From the NCBI GenBank assembly GCA_000320545.1, contig ADNK01001003.1, positions 20,698 to 84,697 of the forward strand: a DNA stretch of 64,000 nt, written 5' to 3'. Shown piece by piece: positions 14,149 through 28,500 of the stretch; positions within the stretch are counted from its first letter, which is position 1; every line of letters begins with the position of its first letter. This stretch comes from Bigelowiella natans CCMP2755. Taxonomy: Eukaryota; Protista; Cercozoa. The translations under genes and the position numbers were made by a program. The notes under the pieces were generated by a model. That model had not been told where the DNA came from. It worked only from the letters and a program-made list of their open reading frames with translations, and ran no database searches.

Positions 14149-14187
<39 letters not shown>

Positions 14188-14205
14188 ATATATATATATA
14201 TTATA
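14146..14205. repeat. (CA)n(TA)n microsatellite
   Basis: Seen directly in the sequence. Confidence 0.9.
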
Positions 14206-14364
14206 TGTACATAAATCTATGTGTATACGACCACAGCACGCGCTAAGAAGTAGCAACCTATTAATTTTGCATCGTGTCACACATTTGTGCAATGCATCCA
14301 TACATACGCATCATATATAAATATATTATAAATATTAATATATGAGACGGATGTAATGAAATGT

Positions 14365-14666
14365 TTAAATTGTTTCAATGGTCATCCTAATGTAGCTGTG
14401 CAATGCAGCGGCTACAGCGCTTAAATTGTGTCTGTTTGTTTCCTTGGTCACATGGCGCATGCATGAAAATGCATCCTGTTTTGGTCTAGCATGGCGCGCT
14501 TTGCGCGCAGCTTCTCGACTAGTTTTCTCTGCGGTTGTGAGACGCGTGGTCTCGTCATTGCGATCCATGATCGCTGTCAGTTGTTTGTTGATTCTGAGTC
14601 GCTGTGGTCCATGTTTCCTGCATTGCAGAATGTGGTCCATGTCTTGCAATGTGTTGCACACATCGC
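14365..14666 (-). mobile_element. 3' remnant of a non-LTR retrotransposon (C-terminal CCHC zinc knuckle of ORF2)
   Basis: CDVCNTLQDMDHILQC fits the C-x2-C-x7-H-x3-C knuckle at the end of LINE RT ORFs. It is truncated upstream by (AT)n at 14667-14720, with a microsatellite downstream. Confidence 0.55.
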
Positions 14667-14687
14667 ATATATATATATATATATATA

Positions 14688-14723
<36 letters not shown>

Positions 14724-15254
14724 GGCTTCACATATTGCAACCCATACAACAATAAAAATTAGTCACGTGCGTTAGTGGTGTAGTAAGGGTAGCGTAGCAC
14801 GCAGCTTTTGAATCAATATGGATCTTGCATAATGTAGTGACTAGCGCTATAGATGTGTCGTCGCCACATAGTACGTGCGTGGTGTGATGTGCGCACAACC
14901 GATGCATGTCGATGTAAATGTGTGTGCGCAGCAGGGTTGTTAATGTGTACGCCTTTTGCATGTAAATAAACGGCTTGCAAAGAAGGTTTGCTAGAGAAGC
15001 ACATTTATAACAAACTTGCAAGCCTTCACTACAAAGCAAAGCGCATGGCCTGCGACGCTAGTAGCACAGGGTTTTATAGCTAGCGCTACAGGCGGGGAGC
15101 TATGCGAGAACACAAAGATCGATCAGGTACAATGTAGCACGCTGTATTGATTAAATTGCTCGAAGTATGGACTTTTGAATTTGATGCCTGGCTAAAATGC
15201 ACAATTTGCACACAACTTCGTAATGAACTCTACATAGGCTATATATCCGTGGAA

Positions 15255-15730
15255 TTATTCTTTCCACTCATTTGCCTTTTTCCCGTGATATGCAAGAGAT
15301 GCTACCCCCAAGATTGTGTACAATCCAGCTGGGAAGATGGCCCGTGATTTCATGAACTTACTTCCAAACATACCCATTAGAGAGAGAGCAGAGACAGAGG
15401 CCAAAGAATGGCCGTAAAACCCTTCTCCTTTGTTGATAAGAAGCCCTAATAGGTGTCAATATAAGCAAACTGATACGTGTGGATTCTCAATCGATCACCT
15501 GCTCCAAGAAATCCGGCACCCAAAACAGATCCACCAATAAGGGAACCCTTGCTTCCTTTCTGGTAGAAGCACCAGCATCTTTACAAAACAACAAGCAATG
15601 ATTCCGAAAATAAAACCTGCAGGAAGCCAAGAAGTCCTCCACCAATAACAAGGCCACCAACTCCAAAGGCAGGATGAGCTTCCCCTAATTGAATACAACC
15701 TCTTTTAAATGCATTCACTGGTGGGATCAT
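15255..15730 (-). CDS. TMEM14: TMEM14/FAX-family small membrane protein, at least 3 exons; start uncertain
   Basis: Introns at 15616-15560 and 15498-15446. The spliced product is AHPAFGVGGLVIGGGLLGFLQ|KGSKGSLIGGSVLGAGFLGA|GLLINKGEGFYGHSLASVSALSLMGMFGSKFMKSRAIFPAGLYTILGVASLAYHGKKANEWKE*. It carries the GG..G...KGS..SL and PAG family motifs. Confidence 0.85.
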
Positions 15731-16593
15731 TTCTCACTATCCGACTCAACTCTTTGACAAGAGAAGTATCGGAGCGGTTTCGATCAATCAGATCTTGCAT
15801 CCACATCCGCTTATTTTACCCTCCTCCTCTCCCCCTACTTGCGGTGGTGCATGTGCTTCACTGACCAGGCATTCTTGTTGACGTATGCAGTGTGAGGCAA
15901 TCGCAATTCCCGAGAATTCTCGCATTCCGCACTTCAAAAAGCTATGTCTCAGACATAAAAACGCCATGATATTAAATGCTGTCGCTAGGGGAGAAAGGGC
16001 GGTCTCCTGGAAAGTGCTCTTAGTAGTCGGTGAAAAAATCCTCGCGGAGACCGCTTTAATTTTATATTTTCTGGCAAAAATATGACGATTGATTTTCCCG
16101 CACGGCCTCATGCATGACATGACATCTCTCATGGGACTTCCGCACGTTCTGTGTCAGGATTTCCACATGAGATGTCGCGTTGGTAAAAAAGCCCTGTAAT
16201 TTATGACCCTTTCAACTTCCTCTGCTTTTGCAAGACTCAATAATTTTCCCTCCTGGGAAATATCTCTGTAATTTGAGACCCCTCACCCCTCTCCGCACCC
16301 CTGGAAACAAGGCGAGGCAAAGCATTCATTGCTGAGGGGTCGCGAGTATCAATTTAGACCTGATTGAAAACCGAGTTTATTCTGAAACCCTGGAGGATAA
16401 GTAATAACCAAAATCCCCAAGTCCGTGATCAGGTTGCGCTGAGTAGTCAGGTAAAGACTTCATACTTGAAATTTGTAGGTTAAAACTCATTGTAGCCTCA
16501 AACTGAGAATGTCATCGTCGCACCAATTATAATTGTTCTCATGGTTTCTGTGTGCTAAATGTAAATTTCCATATCAGCCTTAAAGCACGAAAA

Positions 16594-19500
16594 ATGGGAG
16601 TTGAAAGCTCGAAATCGAAGCTCGGGGATATTCCTGACATTGACCACTTGGACGAAGATCTCGTAGCAGTCAATAGCTTGAGTGCTCATGAGCTGACAGA
16701 TATTGCCGAAGCGAAGGTTATTCGAGAGATCTTTCAGTTTATGTAGCATATATGTGCTCTCAACTATCGATGCTACCAATATTTTCAGACCTTCAAGCCA
16801 CTTGGGTTGCCGAAGTTTTCGATTTCTGTTCCCGATGATATTGGAAAGGTGGTGTTATTGTTTGGCGAATGCCTGCCAATGAATTGTTATACTATGTATC
16901 GCGTGCATCTACGAAGAGTGCAGGGTGAGGATAGGTTATGCTTCTAAGCGTTGAAAGTTGACTTTGCCCTTTTCTGCACGTTTAATTTGTAATTATTACT
17001 CCATTGCGATTTAGGTGCTCGAGGGCAGGTCTATTATTGACCAGAAATCACTACATCATACTGTAGCGGACATATCACAGCTCAAGACACAGGCGTACTC
17101 CACACTCGAGTTTGTGAATTCTCTTCAGTTCAAGCAACATCAGATGAAGCGCATACACCTTGCCCTGCGGCGGGAGACTGAGCGCGTGGAGAAACGGAGA
17201 GAGTCGAAGGAAAAGGCGATCAAATCTGCGCTGCGGCAAAAAGTCCCATTGTTATCCATGGGGGCAAGGATGGGAATACAAACGTGCGCTGAGTTATTCG
17301 TCCAGAATGTGCAGATCCTGCACATGACAGGTATCGCTGGCTCTGACTACCTTCCTCGAACTCTGAGGACGTTAGACAGACTGCTTAAGATGATGACGCC
17401 ACTTTCGATATGCGACTCACAAGCCTTTTCACCCGATGTGGCCGTTGGCCTCGAGCCAGTACTACAAATGCTGCGTGACATGGCGGACGTGTCCAATCCG
17501 GAATATAAGGGCGCTTTCGTCAACCGAGGTTCTCTTCTTTGGTGTAGCGTGTGTACGACGTTTAATGCCTCCCGTTTTCCTGTTCCCCCATGATATTGAT
17601 AATCGAAATATCTCCTCCTCATTTCCCTCCTCTTCTTCCTCCTACTGCCACTCTCAGGAGTTGATGCAATGTGCCACTTCGCATTGGCGCGGGGTACAGT
17701 GTCCGACGTGCTCGCAGTAGTAGAAGTTCTTTACGACAATAATCGTGCTGAACTATTAGGTAAAAGTAGCGAACAGAAAACTACTACGATGATGATAAGA
17801 TGACGAGATATGATTTTAAACTGGGTGAAATGGAGATTAGATGAATTGCTTCGAACGATAATAATAAATGACCTTCATTCTAGGTACTACTGTGAAAATG
17901 ATAGGAGACAAGAAGAGGAACCAACAAAATGCAGATGGTACTGCAGCCCCTTCTTCATCTTCGTCTTCTCCCCCTCCTCCGCGGGAGTATCCGATTGGGG
18001 GCTTCTTCCGCTACATCATGAATTTCGAGCCCCAGGATCAAGGCATCTCTCTCAAGGCGTACGAGCAGAAGGTAGTGACCTTCAAGACGCTAGAGGACAA
18101 ATACTTATCGTGCCGGGGCCGCCAAGTATCCCTCCGCAGCGACTGTCACGCCTACGAGAAGTTCTATGCCGAGGTACTGGGCGACCGAATTGCTTTCCGC
18201 ACGCACGACCGTCGCTACCTCTCGGCGGGAGACGGGCAGATCGTGCTCACGGAGAGCCCAGGCAGCGCCGAAAAGTTCCGACTCGTTCCAGCGCCACGCA
18301 ACTCGAAATACCCTAATCACGTTGGGGTTCAGACTAACTACAAGACCTTCTTCACGTACCTCCGCGGTCAGGGCATCGTTACGCACGCAAAGCGCTACAG
18401 CGACAACTGCCTCTTTGATATCGAGACCTCCGATGTCGTTCTGGGCAGCGAGGCTGACGAGAAGGACGCCGCAGCCGCTGCTGCGCACTCTTTGAAACCA
18501 TTCCCAGAGAGCTCGGACGAGTTGATGGCTCGTTACGAGAAGGACTATCTTGACATTCGAGCAGACTCAAAGGTTTCCGGCCCTCTCTCTGCAGTCCTAG
18601 TTATGGCTAAGCTCGAGGCGCTCGCCCTTACAGAGGCGCCAGCGGATGATGACAAGGAGCAGCTGCCCGTGATATGCAAGCCGCTCTGCGTCACAGTCTC
18701 CCGCCGCACGATAGTGCACCTCTCTCACATTATCGAGCGCACCTCCACCTCCTACTTCGACTCTAAACACGCGGCACTCGTGTGCCGCAGTATCAACGAA
18801 TACGTCAACGAGATGTACATGCTGCTGGCCGCCCTACGCATCCTCAAGGTGCACCTTTACCAGACGGTCAGATCTCGACTCTCCACAGCGGAGCTCGACG
18901 TCCAGCCCGCAGAGGTGGAACGGCTTCGTGACTTGGTATATGGTCTTCTCAAGAAGCCGCCGGCCGCGTTTAAGCTGCCGAGCGCTGCTGATAGTGATGA
19001 AAACACAACAACCGAGGACGAGAGGGCCGCTATGGAGGCAGCGCAACGCGACGTACTCACGCGACTGAAGCGTGCCGTCCGGCATCAGGTGATGACCACC
19101 GCCTCGGAGGTGTTCGCGGCGGGCTTTGAGTTTTTCTACCCAAACGGATCGGACCAGGTCGGATATCTAGCCGACCTCCTCGACAGAAAAACGGAAAAGC
19201 GCCATTTGCAGAGTGCGCGGTCTGGCCGAGAGCTGTGGGCTTCTGCCTTGCAGAAGCTGGGCGCATCCGACGGGCTGCTCAGGTGCCTCGCGCCCGAGGA
19301 TGATGGCAGAGATTTTAAAACTGCAAATCGCGATTCGGACGTAGGCGCAAGAAGCAGTGAGAATGAGAACCTGACGGTCTCGCACGCAGAGGACAAGCTT
19401 CTGCAGCTACTGCTTTCTCGATTCGCGTCGTTTGGCGCGGGATCACAGCTGATGGATGAGTTGGAAGGGAAGGGCGTGGTCGATAAGAAGAAGTCGTTCC

Positions 19501-22500
19501 TCTCGGTCAATAAGGTCTTCACCTTGCTCCTCAACGTCTGCTCGGAAGAAGCATTCAATCTGCTCGAAGACATCAACAACCAGTTGCAACTGACCAACAG
19601 CGGGAGGGGTACCAACGGTCTGGACCTCACCGACGACAAGCTCTTCACTAAGTCACGCGGGGCGCTTGCGATCCTCGAGAACTTGCAGAAGCAGCTGCTG
19701 GGGCGCGCCGGTCTCTTCGTGCGACCAAGCAAGAAGGAGAGGGAGACTCAGCGGACAGACGGTGTCACCAACTCGACCGTTGGATTTTCGGGAGGGGGCA
19801 GCAGGAAGGCTCATCATCTTGCCTTACAGACGCTCGTTGGTTACGCAGAGGGCCTCATCCACCACGCATCCAAGATCCTCAACCGTGCGCTGGCTATTTC
19901 CGAGGCGACGTTCAACTGCGAGGCCTTGGGAATCATGGGGATAGCTCTCCTGGAGCACACCTTCATCGGGAGACTCGCCCATTCCCTTCTTGCAGCGCTG
20001 CCCATGTTTGCGATGCCGGAGCATCAGCTTCTCGCTTTGCGTTTGCTGCCGGAGCTTTCCCAGCTCACGGCAGCTCTGGATGGACTCGCCGGCGTTCTGA
20101 GCAGGATGCCGGGCGCGCACTCCCTGATGCCGATCCCGAAGAGGCTGACCTTCGAGAGCCGCCATCCATACCGGGGGGGCATAGACCGCAAGTTCCGCGT
20201 GCGCGTGAAGGGCGCCAAGCAGCTACGGATCGAGTTCGACAAGCGCTGTGCCACTCTCGCTAAGCACGACAGCCTGCAGATGATCGACAAGGCGCAGAAT
20301 CCCGTGCACCAGGCGATGCATGGACCCGCTGCAGGCCGCGACTCCAAGAACAACAGCGAGTGGCCTAAGGAGGAGATCGCGGTCAAGGGCGACACCGTTT
20401 TCGTGACCTTCAAAACGCAGAAGGCCTCGAAGGGCGACTTCGCTAACACGGAGCTAGGCTTCGGGTACCGGTTCACGGTGATCGGGTCCGCAATGGAGAA
20501 GCCAATGGGCTGGCTCACGGAATTCAATCAGACCGCACTGCATTGCTCCGGGCTGCTCCTTGCCACCGCCATCGGTGGCTCGCTGCCGTCGGTACGCGAG
20601 GTGCACTACCGCGCGAGGCTGCGGGAGCCTTGCATCCAGGGTGGTTTGTTGAAGACACACCCTCGCTACAATGAGCTCAGCGCGGACTTGTCCACCATGA
20701 TCGTCTCCCCCAGCGATCGGAATTACATTGATGGCCTTATTGCTGGCGGCGCTGTCATCCCCGCTGCGCACACCAAGCTGCTTGAAGATTTGGAGACGGG
20801 CAACGCAAACGGGAAGAAGATGATGAAGGCTTTGTATAAAGCGGGCGATAGAGTGACCTTGGGCCGTGGCAAGGAACAGGAGCTGGCAGAGTTGCTTTCG
20901 ATGAGATATTTTGCCCTCGTTCTGAGGCACACCGCGCAAACCGGCGAAGCTCTCAGCTTCCTCAACAAGAAAGTCACCCCGACTCCTCCGAAACTCCGTG
21001 CGGCCTACGAGCAAGCACTGCGTGTAAAGATGTCCGCACGGTCGTGGTATAAGGACGGCACCAACAGGGCGTCCAAGTTTGCGAAGCTCGTTGAGTACCA
21101 AAACTTTTTCGAAACGAGGTTCGCCTTTATGCGTCACGTGGCGCCCCACCCCCTCCTCACCCAAGCCCAAGCCGACGATGGCGAAGACATGAAGGTGCAG
21201 GAGGCAAAGGAAGAGAAAGGCCACGGAGAAAGTGAAGTGAGCTTTGAGAACTCACTCGAGGCAAAAATCATGGAGTCGCTCTCCTGCTTCTTCAGGCACG
21301 GCAAAGGAGCGCTGTCTGAAAAAGTGATTGACGACCTTGCCATCGCAATGATCACGCAGCGGGAGCGAGCCGTAGCCCGGCTGATAGGCATTAAATACTG
21401 GACAGAGTTTCTCAAGATGCAGGAACCCATGGCCCTCGAGCTGATATGCAAGCCGGCAGCCTCCGCGTTCGTCATCGAATCGGTGAAGGGCCCCCTCAAG
21501 AAGCAGCACCTCCTCGACGGAATCGAGTGCGCGGGAGGTTCCATCAACACGGAGATCTTCGAGTGCTACTACAACGAGGTGCTCCGCCGCCTGTTCCTCG
21601 TTGAGAAGGGCGCCCAGCAGCTCGAGCCGGAGAGGCAGAGCAGGCCTCTGATGATACGAAAAGGCCGTGGCATTGCCCGGCTCGCGGACCTCGTCGTACA
21701 GATGCGGATGGCAGAGGAGAGGAGAATTGGGTACGGCATCAGAGCAATGCTGATCGACCTATGCGCCAACCAGACGTATAAGCTCACTCCCAGCGATTTG
21801 AATGGCCTGGTGCGCGCTGGCGTCGTGAGCTTCATCGGCCAGGCGCTGCACGAAATCCTCCTTGGGTTCGCGGGGACGGACAGCAGCTTGCAGAGCATTC
21901 TCATGCATTATTCTACTACGGAGTCGGAAGAAGAAGGAGAAGGCGGAGATTCGGCTTCTAGCGGGGTGAGAACAAGAGCTAGTGTGTTCGCGTGTTGTTT
22001 TTGTTGTTTTTTGGTGGTGGTTATGGATGATTGAACGACTGATGAATTGGTCTATGGATGATTGAACGACTGATGAATTGGTCGTTGGTTTGATGCACAC
22101 ATGTTGTGCGTGCATGCGTGTGTGCCGGATTGTATGCGCGCGCCTGCACCCTTTTTCTCCTTCGAAGCAGTTTTCTTAAATTGGCCCTGTCGTTCATGCA
22201 ACTCAAACGCTTACTACTTCCTCCTTTGCTCACACCCCCTCAATCCCCATCCCCATCTGCTGCGTCTGCTTCATTTTGACCAGTCCTCGGTAGTCCTGCG
22301 GCGAAGGCCCCTGTACAATCTGTACGGGGTATTTTGCTTATTCCGCCTGCTACTGGCCGTGTCGGCTCAGCATTCCGACACCAGCCTGGAGTCAGCGGTA
22401 TCCCTCTCCTGCCCCTCTTCCTCCGGCCGTGCACATGCCCGGATGCTCAACGAGCAGCTCATGGACATCTTGATCAAGCACCTCTCGGTTCTCAACAAGT

Positions 22501-25500
22501 TCCGTTCACAATCGCTGGAGCACTTCGGTGATATGCCGGCGGCTGCAACGATGGAGGAGGCGCAGCAGCAACTCGCGATTGCTGCTGCGGGTGCCTCTGG
22601 CAATATGGCGTTGGTGAGCCCTAATGACAAGGGAGGCAGCAAGGACGCGATCGACGCAAGAGACAGCAGTAGCGATGGCGGGCTTCTCCTTACTGGCCAG
22701 GTCTCCGAGCAAAAGAAAAGCCCAGCTGTCTTGGCGTTCTGGCGACCCGACCTGCTTGACCCAGAGAACGTGAATAAAAAGGAGACGTCCATGAGCTTCG
22801 CGTACTCCTCCGACTTCGACGAGAATGGAATCATTTTCTTCCTTGGCTCGCTGCGGGGCAAGTGGCACAACCCTGCACTCAAGGGCCGAAACCGGGCTCC
22901 GCCACTGATCAAGCTCTCCGCGTCTTCTCTGAAATCCGACCCGCGATCGCTTTCGCTGCTGTGTGGCCGGACGGCGGGCCGGCTGTTGACCAAAAACGAG
23001 CAGAACGCGTGGTTCCAGCTATATTTCGGCAAGAACAAGCGCATCGTCCCCTCCAGATACACGCTCCGACACTACGCAAGCTACCATCAGGAGTGCCTGC
23101 GCAACTGGAAGTTCCAGGCCTCGAACGACGGCCAGGATTGGATCACCCTCAAAGAGCATGAGAACGATGATCTCCTTAAGGGGAAGGGGGGCACCGCGAC
23201 CTGGCCCATCAAGGTACCCGTGCAGCATCAGCACGGATGGTCGTACTTCCGCGTCATGGTCACGGGACCAAACTCCTCGGGGCGCAACTACCTTTGCCTT
23301 TCCGGCATCGAGATTTACGGTATCTTGCAGGGCAAGTTCCTCGACGAGGACCACGGAGACGCCGGGGACGCGATGGGCGGCGACTACTGGAACCGGCTAG
23401 CAGCCAGCGGCTGCAACTTCAACAACTCACCGACAACCTGTCTCGACGGCAATTCGAGCCAGCCGCTCCAGCTCCTGCGCCCCGATGATAATGACGGGTT
23501 CGGGACTGGCCTCGGCAAGAAGATCTACTCGAGGGGCAAGGTGAATCTGGAATTCAAGATCCCCAAGCTCGAGTTGAAGGACGGCGACACGAGCAAGAAG
23601 GGCCTTATCATCGGTGTAGTCAAGAGCTCCTTCCGGCCGAGACCCGGCACCAGCTTCTACGAGCACGGGTGGGGGATCATCGCCTCCAACGGACACAAGG
23701 CCAGGAACACCGAGACGAAGACGTACGGGGTCAAGTTCGCGAAAGACGCGACGATTGTTGTCCACCTCGACTTCACAGCCAAAACTGTATCGTTCAGTAT
23801 CAACGGTAAGAACAACGGCGTAGCATTTACTGACCTCGAGGGGCCTGTTGTCGCGGCAGTCTCCGTGGAGGTGGGCGCCGCGGTCACCATGACCAAGCAG
23901 AAGCATATCGTCTCTAAGAAGAAGAAAGAAGAGGGCGCCAGCGCCTTTGCTGTGAAGCCCAAGTTCAAGACGCGGAAGGTAACCCCCCTGCACTGGAAAC
24001 GAAGGCTCAAACAGACCGCTCTGCTTGGCTGCTCCCTTGGCTGGTTTCACCACAAGCTTCGGGACATTGGACCCCACGGCCGCACACGAATCCCCAAGAA
24101 AAAAGTGCTCAAAAGGGAGGGCGCCACTATTGATGGCAAGGAAGTGGAGGAAGAGGACCCGGAGAAGAAGGAGGACGAGGAAGACGAGGACGACTCTTCT
24201 GCTCCCGCGGCCCCTTCAACCGCCGACCTCGGCGACAAGAAATTCCTTGTGTTTTGGGACCAGTCGGTGAAGCAACAGGATTGCGAGATCCAAGACAATG
24301 GGCTCACGTACTGCAAGACTTCTGGCAGCAACAGCCAATGGCGTACCTGCCGACTCTCGGCATGGCTATACCCGAACCAGGGCACCTTCAAGTACTCGCT
24401 CAAGGTTGAGAAGAACTCGTCCAAGTGGATGTTCATTGGCGTCGTCGGACACGACTTCGTGAATTGGACGAGCTACGTCGGCAGCGTATCAAACAAGAGC
24501 TGGGGTTATAGCAACGGTGGAACGTCATCAAGCACCACGCGGCTATGGGGGACTGGCCAGCAGTCGGGCCGGTACAACTACCAGCAACAGACCAAGTTTA
24601 AGGATGGCGACGTCGTGACCGTGGAGTTCGACACTAACGCCAAGACAATAAGCTACCACGTCAATGACAGGAACCTTGGGGTCGCGTTCACAAACATCCC
24701 GCTGACGCAGAAGATGGCCATCGCCGTCACGCTGTACAACGTCGGGGACAAGGTGACGTACGTGCCGAAGAGCTCCGAGATCATCGGGGGGGAGGACGAC
24801 GATGAGGAGGACGAGGAGGACGAGGACTTCGAGTTCGAAAGCGACGACGACCTCGATAACCTCGAGACAGACACCGGGCTCGTGAAGCCGGAGGTGGAGC
24901 TCTACATGTATCAGGTCCTCGAGCTACTCCTCCGCTGCTCGGCCACGGCAAGCGTGCAACGACTGCTTTGCCACCACACCGACGCCATCCAGCTCATGCT
25001 TTCCATGCTGTATGCCCCCCACAGGGACGACGAGGTCGACGAGAGCGTGAACGAGCCGGTCTCGCGTGTCGGGCAGATCCTCGTGATTCGCATCCTGTCG
25101 CGAATCCTGCCTAATATTTCCCCTACTGACAAGAATGGCCCCCTCAAAGGGGACGGCCAGGCCCTTCTCGATGGATTCGTTGACATCATCGGCCAGTCGG
25201 CGCTGCGGGAAGTCCTCACGCAGGTACCGAGCGAGGGCAACGACGACGAGGACGAAGCTGGCAAGGGCTCCAAGGCATCATCGTCGGCGGCTGATAAGCA
25301 TGCTCTTGCTGAGACTCCGGTCCCCCCCAAGGACACGACGGTGCCTTCCGAGCTCGTCTCGCTGTGCCGCATCTTGCTTCACTCTCCTCGGTGGAGCAGC
25401 ATCGTCAACAAGACAATCGTCGACAATCTAACGAAGGTATCGCATCTACGATGGAACCCAGATGGCAACGATGAGTTAGCTGGCCAGGATGCTGTAGCGG

Positions 25501-28500
25501 TTGCTGCATCCGGTACAAACCCTAAAAAGGGCTCAGAAGCCGTTGGATCATCAGCCGGGGGCGCAGGCGGCCCCGAGGGAAAGAAGAAAAAAGTTGATGA
25601 TATTGAGATTCTTCATGCAGCGGATGAGTCCGGGCAGGTCACGAATATCGAGGGGCTGCACAAGAAAAGGGGCGCGCTCGCTTGTATCTTTGGCAGCGTG
25701 GGAATCCTTGGAGGCTACGCAGAGGCCCTTCGGGAGGGTGCCAGCATCGGCGTGAATATCAACGGCGAGAGCTTGGGCGGCATCGTAGTGAAGTCGATGA
25801 CCAAGACCCTCGACAACGTCGTCGGGCACTGGTACTGGTTGCGGGACGGCAAAAAGGAGGATGGCTCCCTGGAGCTTAAGGAGGATCTTAAGGTCCTCAC
25901 CAGCTACAAGGAGCCCAAGACCGAGGAGAAGAAGGAGCCCAAGCGCATCACGGGAAAGTGGAAAGCCATCGGGCCCGGCATCCTCACCATCGAGTTCGGG
26001 GGTACCACCTACAAGCTGGAGAAGCAGGATCCGCCCGAGAAGGGGGAGGAAAAGGCGGACAAGAACAGTAAAGACAAAGGCAAGGACAAGGACAAGGACA
26101 AGAAAGCCGACAAGAATGCCCTCAAGGATAAGGACGGTAAGGTGATAAAAGGTGGGGACCGCTGGCTCGTGACGGATCCCACGATGAAGCCTCAGCCCCT
26201 CGCCGTTTACATCGGCGCGAAGAAGTCCTCAGGCGGCGGGTATTCATCGATGTTTAAGAAAGATGAGAAAACGGAAGAGAAGCGAAAGACTGTGCTGGAC
26301 CTCGTGACCTACGTGGACGGCGAGAACGTGAAGGATTTCCAAGTAGAGCAGCTCCACCTCCAGTCGACCATGCACCTGCCTCTCGACCGTCTGGAGCACC
26401 CGGGTGATATCCTCGTCACGCTGGGCCGATTCATCAACCTCGAGCCCCCGACCTCTCAATTGAAGGACAAGGCCATGCGCAGCAAGTGGAAGAAGCAAGG
26501 TCTTCTGGCGTTCCCGCAGCTGCTGCTCTTCTCGAAGCTCCGCGCGCAGGTTTTCAAATGCCTGTACACGATGCTGCAGAAGCCCGAGTTCGTCTCCAGA
26601 TTCACGCGTGACGGCTTCGCCTCCGTGCTTCTCCAGTCGTCCCTGATGGACACGCGCATGCTGCCCGGCGCCCCCGCAAATACCACAATGAACCTTGAGA
26701 ATACGCTCCTTGAGCTGACTGACCACCGCGAGTCCCTCATCTCTGAGATTCGCGCCAAGCTCCGAAAAGAGGAGAGCAAGGCGGCCGAGGCGCAGGAGGA
26801 CGACGGCGGCATCGATAACGATTACGGCGCCGACCAAAATAGCGGCAAGCGGCTCGAGTTCCTGGATGGAGTGTTCAACTGGTTGGGAACCAACCTCGAC
26901 CAGGAACCCTGGCAGAACCCTGCGAAGAGGCGATTCGTTACCATCAAAGCAAGCTCCATCGGCAAAGGGAAGCCGGGCAACTTACTGAACGCTAGAAAGA
27001 TAAAGGACATGGAGTTCGTGACCGACGACAAGCCTGAGCAGTGGATCCAGGTCGGCCTTCTTGGGGGGCTCAAGTGCTGCCCCACCTCCTACTCTCTCCG
27101 CCACCCGCGCAAGTCCAAACGCGGCTTCTTGCGTTCGTGGAAGCTGATGGGATCCAACGACGAGAAGTTCTGGGTCGCACTCTCGATCCATTCCGACGAC
27201 CACGCCCTCACTGAGCGCAACCAGGCCTACACGTGGAAGGTGGAGAGCAAAGGCTTTTTCTTCCGGTACTTCCGCGTCCAGATGACAGGCCTCAGCTCAA
27301 TGGACGACAGCGTCCTCAACTGCTGTGGACTCGAGCTGCAGGGCCGAGTTCTCATGCCTGATGGGACGGTGGAGATCGTCGACCCGAACCAAAGTGTCGA
27401 GGTTTTCGAGCGGCCCCACTTGGAGCACGGCAATATTCTGGGCTACGGCTCGTGCAGCCAGGGCGTCCTTGGCAACGGCTCCCTGCTGAAGCAGACAAAC
27501 CCATGCGCCATTAAGCCCTCGTTCTTTTCCGGGCAGTCCGTTGTGAAGCTCTCGACATTTCACACCCACTGCATTGCACTTACGAGCGCCGGCCATGTTT
27601 ACACGTGGGGGAACGGCTCCACGAATGCCCTTGGCCACCCCAAGCGCGGCCTGAAGGATCTATACCGGCCGACGCGTGTCGAATTCGAGCACAACGAGGA
27701 CCTGACCTTCCTCGACGTGGCAGCAGGTTATGACTTCTCCCTGTTCCTGGACAACGATGGGAAGGTCTGGAGTTGTGGCAAGGGCAGCTACGGACAGCTC
27801 GGAAACGCCAAGGCGACCGTGGCGGCCCCTGCCAAGGCGTGGGAGGAATTCCCGGAGCTCATGCAGAAGGATGTGGTGAGGTTGAGTGCGGGCTATCAGC
27901 ACGCTCTGGCCTTCACAGTCGACAAAAAGCTGCTCGGATGGGGCCAGAACTCCTACGGGCAGCTCGGTTTCGGGAAGCCGACGACGTCCGAGAAAAAGCC
28001 TAAGGAGGTCAAGCGACCCAGTGTCACCACGATTCAGTTCGCACACGGCCAGCGCTTTTCTGCCATTCTCACCGATACGGGGAAGGTGTATGTGGCTGGA
28101 CAGTGGGGTACCACCGGCAACAAGGCTACATTTACTATGCTCACTTTGCCAAAAGATACTGTAATCACACAGATCGACTCCGGATACGACCACCTGCTGA
28201 TGCTGTCGACGAAGGGCCAGGTGCTCTCTTTTGGGAAAAATAAGAGCGGTGCGCTTGGCAACGGCTCCCCCACCAACCCAAGCAACACGCCTCAGATTGT
28301 GGGCGGGGTGCTCAATGAAGTCAAGGCTATTTGGGTGGCGGCAGGCGACACGCACTCTGTTGTGCTCGGCGATGACTCGTCTGTGTACTCATGGGGCCAG
28401 AAGGGACCGTTCCAGGGCCCCTCAAATATTGGCGGCCAAACCCCCGTTAAACAGGAGCTCAAGTTTGAAGAGGCGGCCGACGCGACTCTGCAGGCTGTAT

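Noticed and set aside
6811-18430. Functional actin cluster (Arp2 near the fascin-like domain of the E3)
   Set aside because: Three unrelated genes intervene, and proximity alone is not evidence in a eukaryotic genome.
22022-22083. 31-bp direct repeat as CRISPR-like
   Set aside because: Only two adjacent copies, no spacer, intronic, eukaryotic context.
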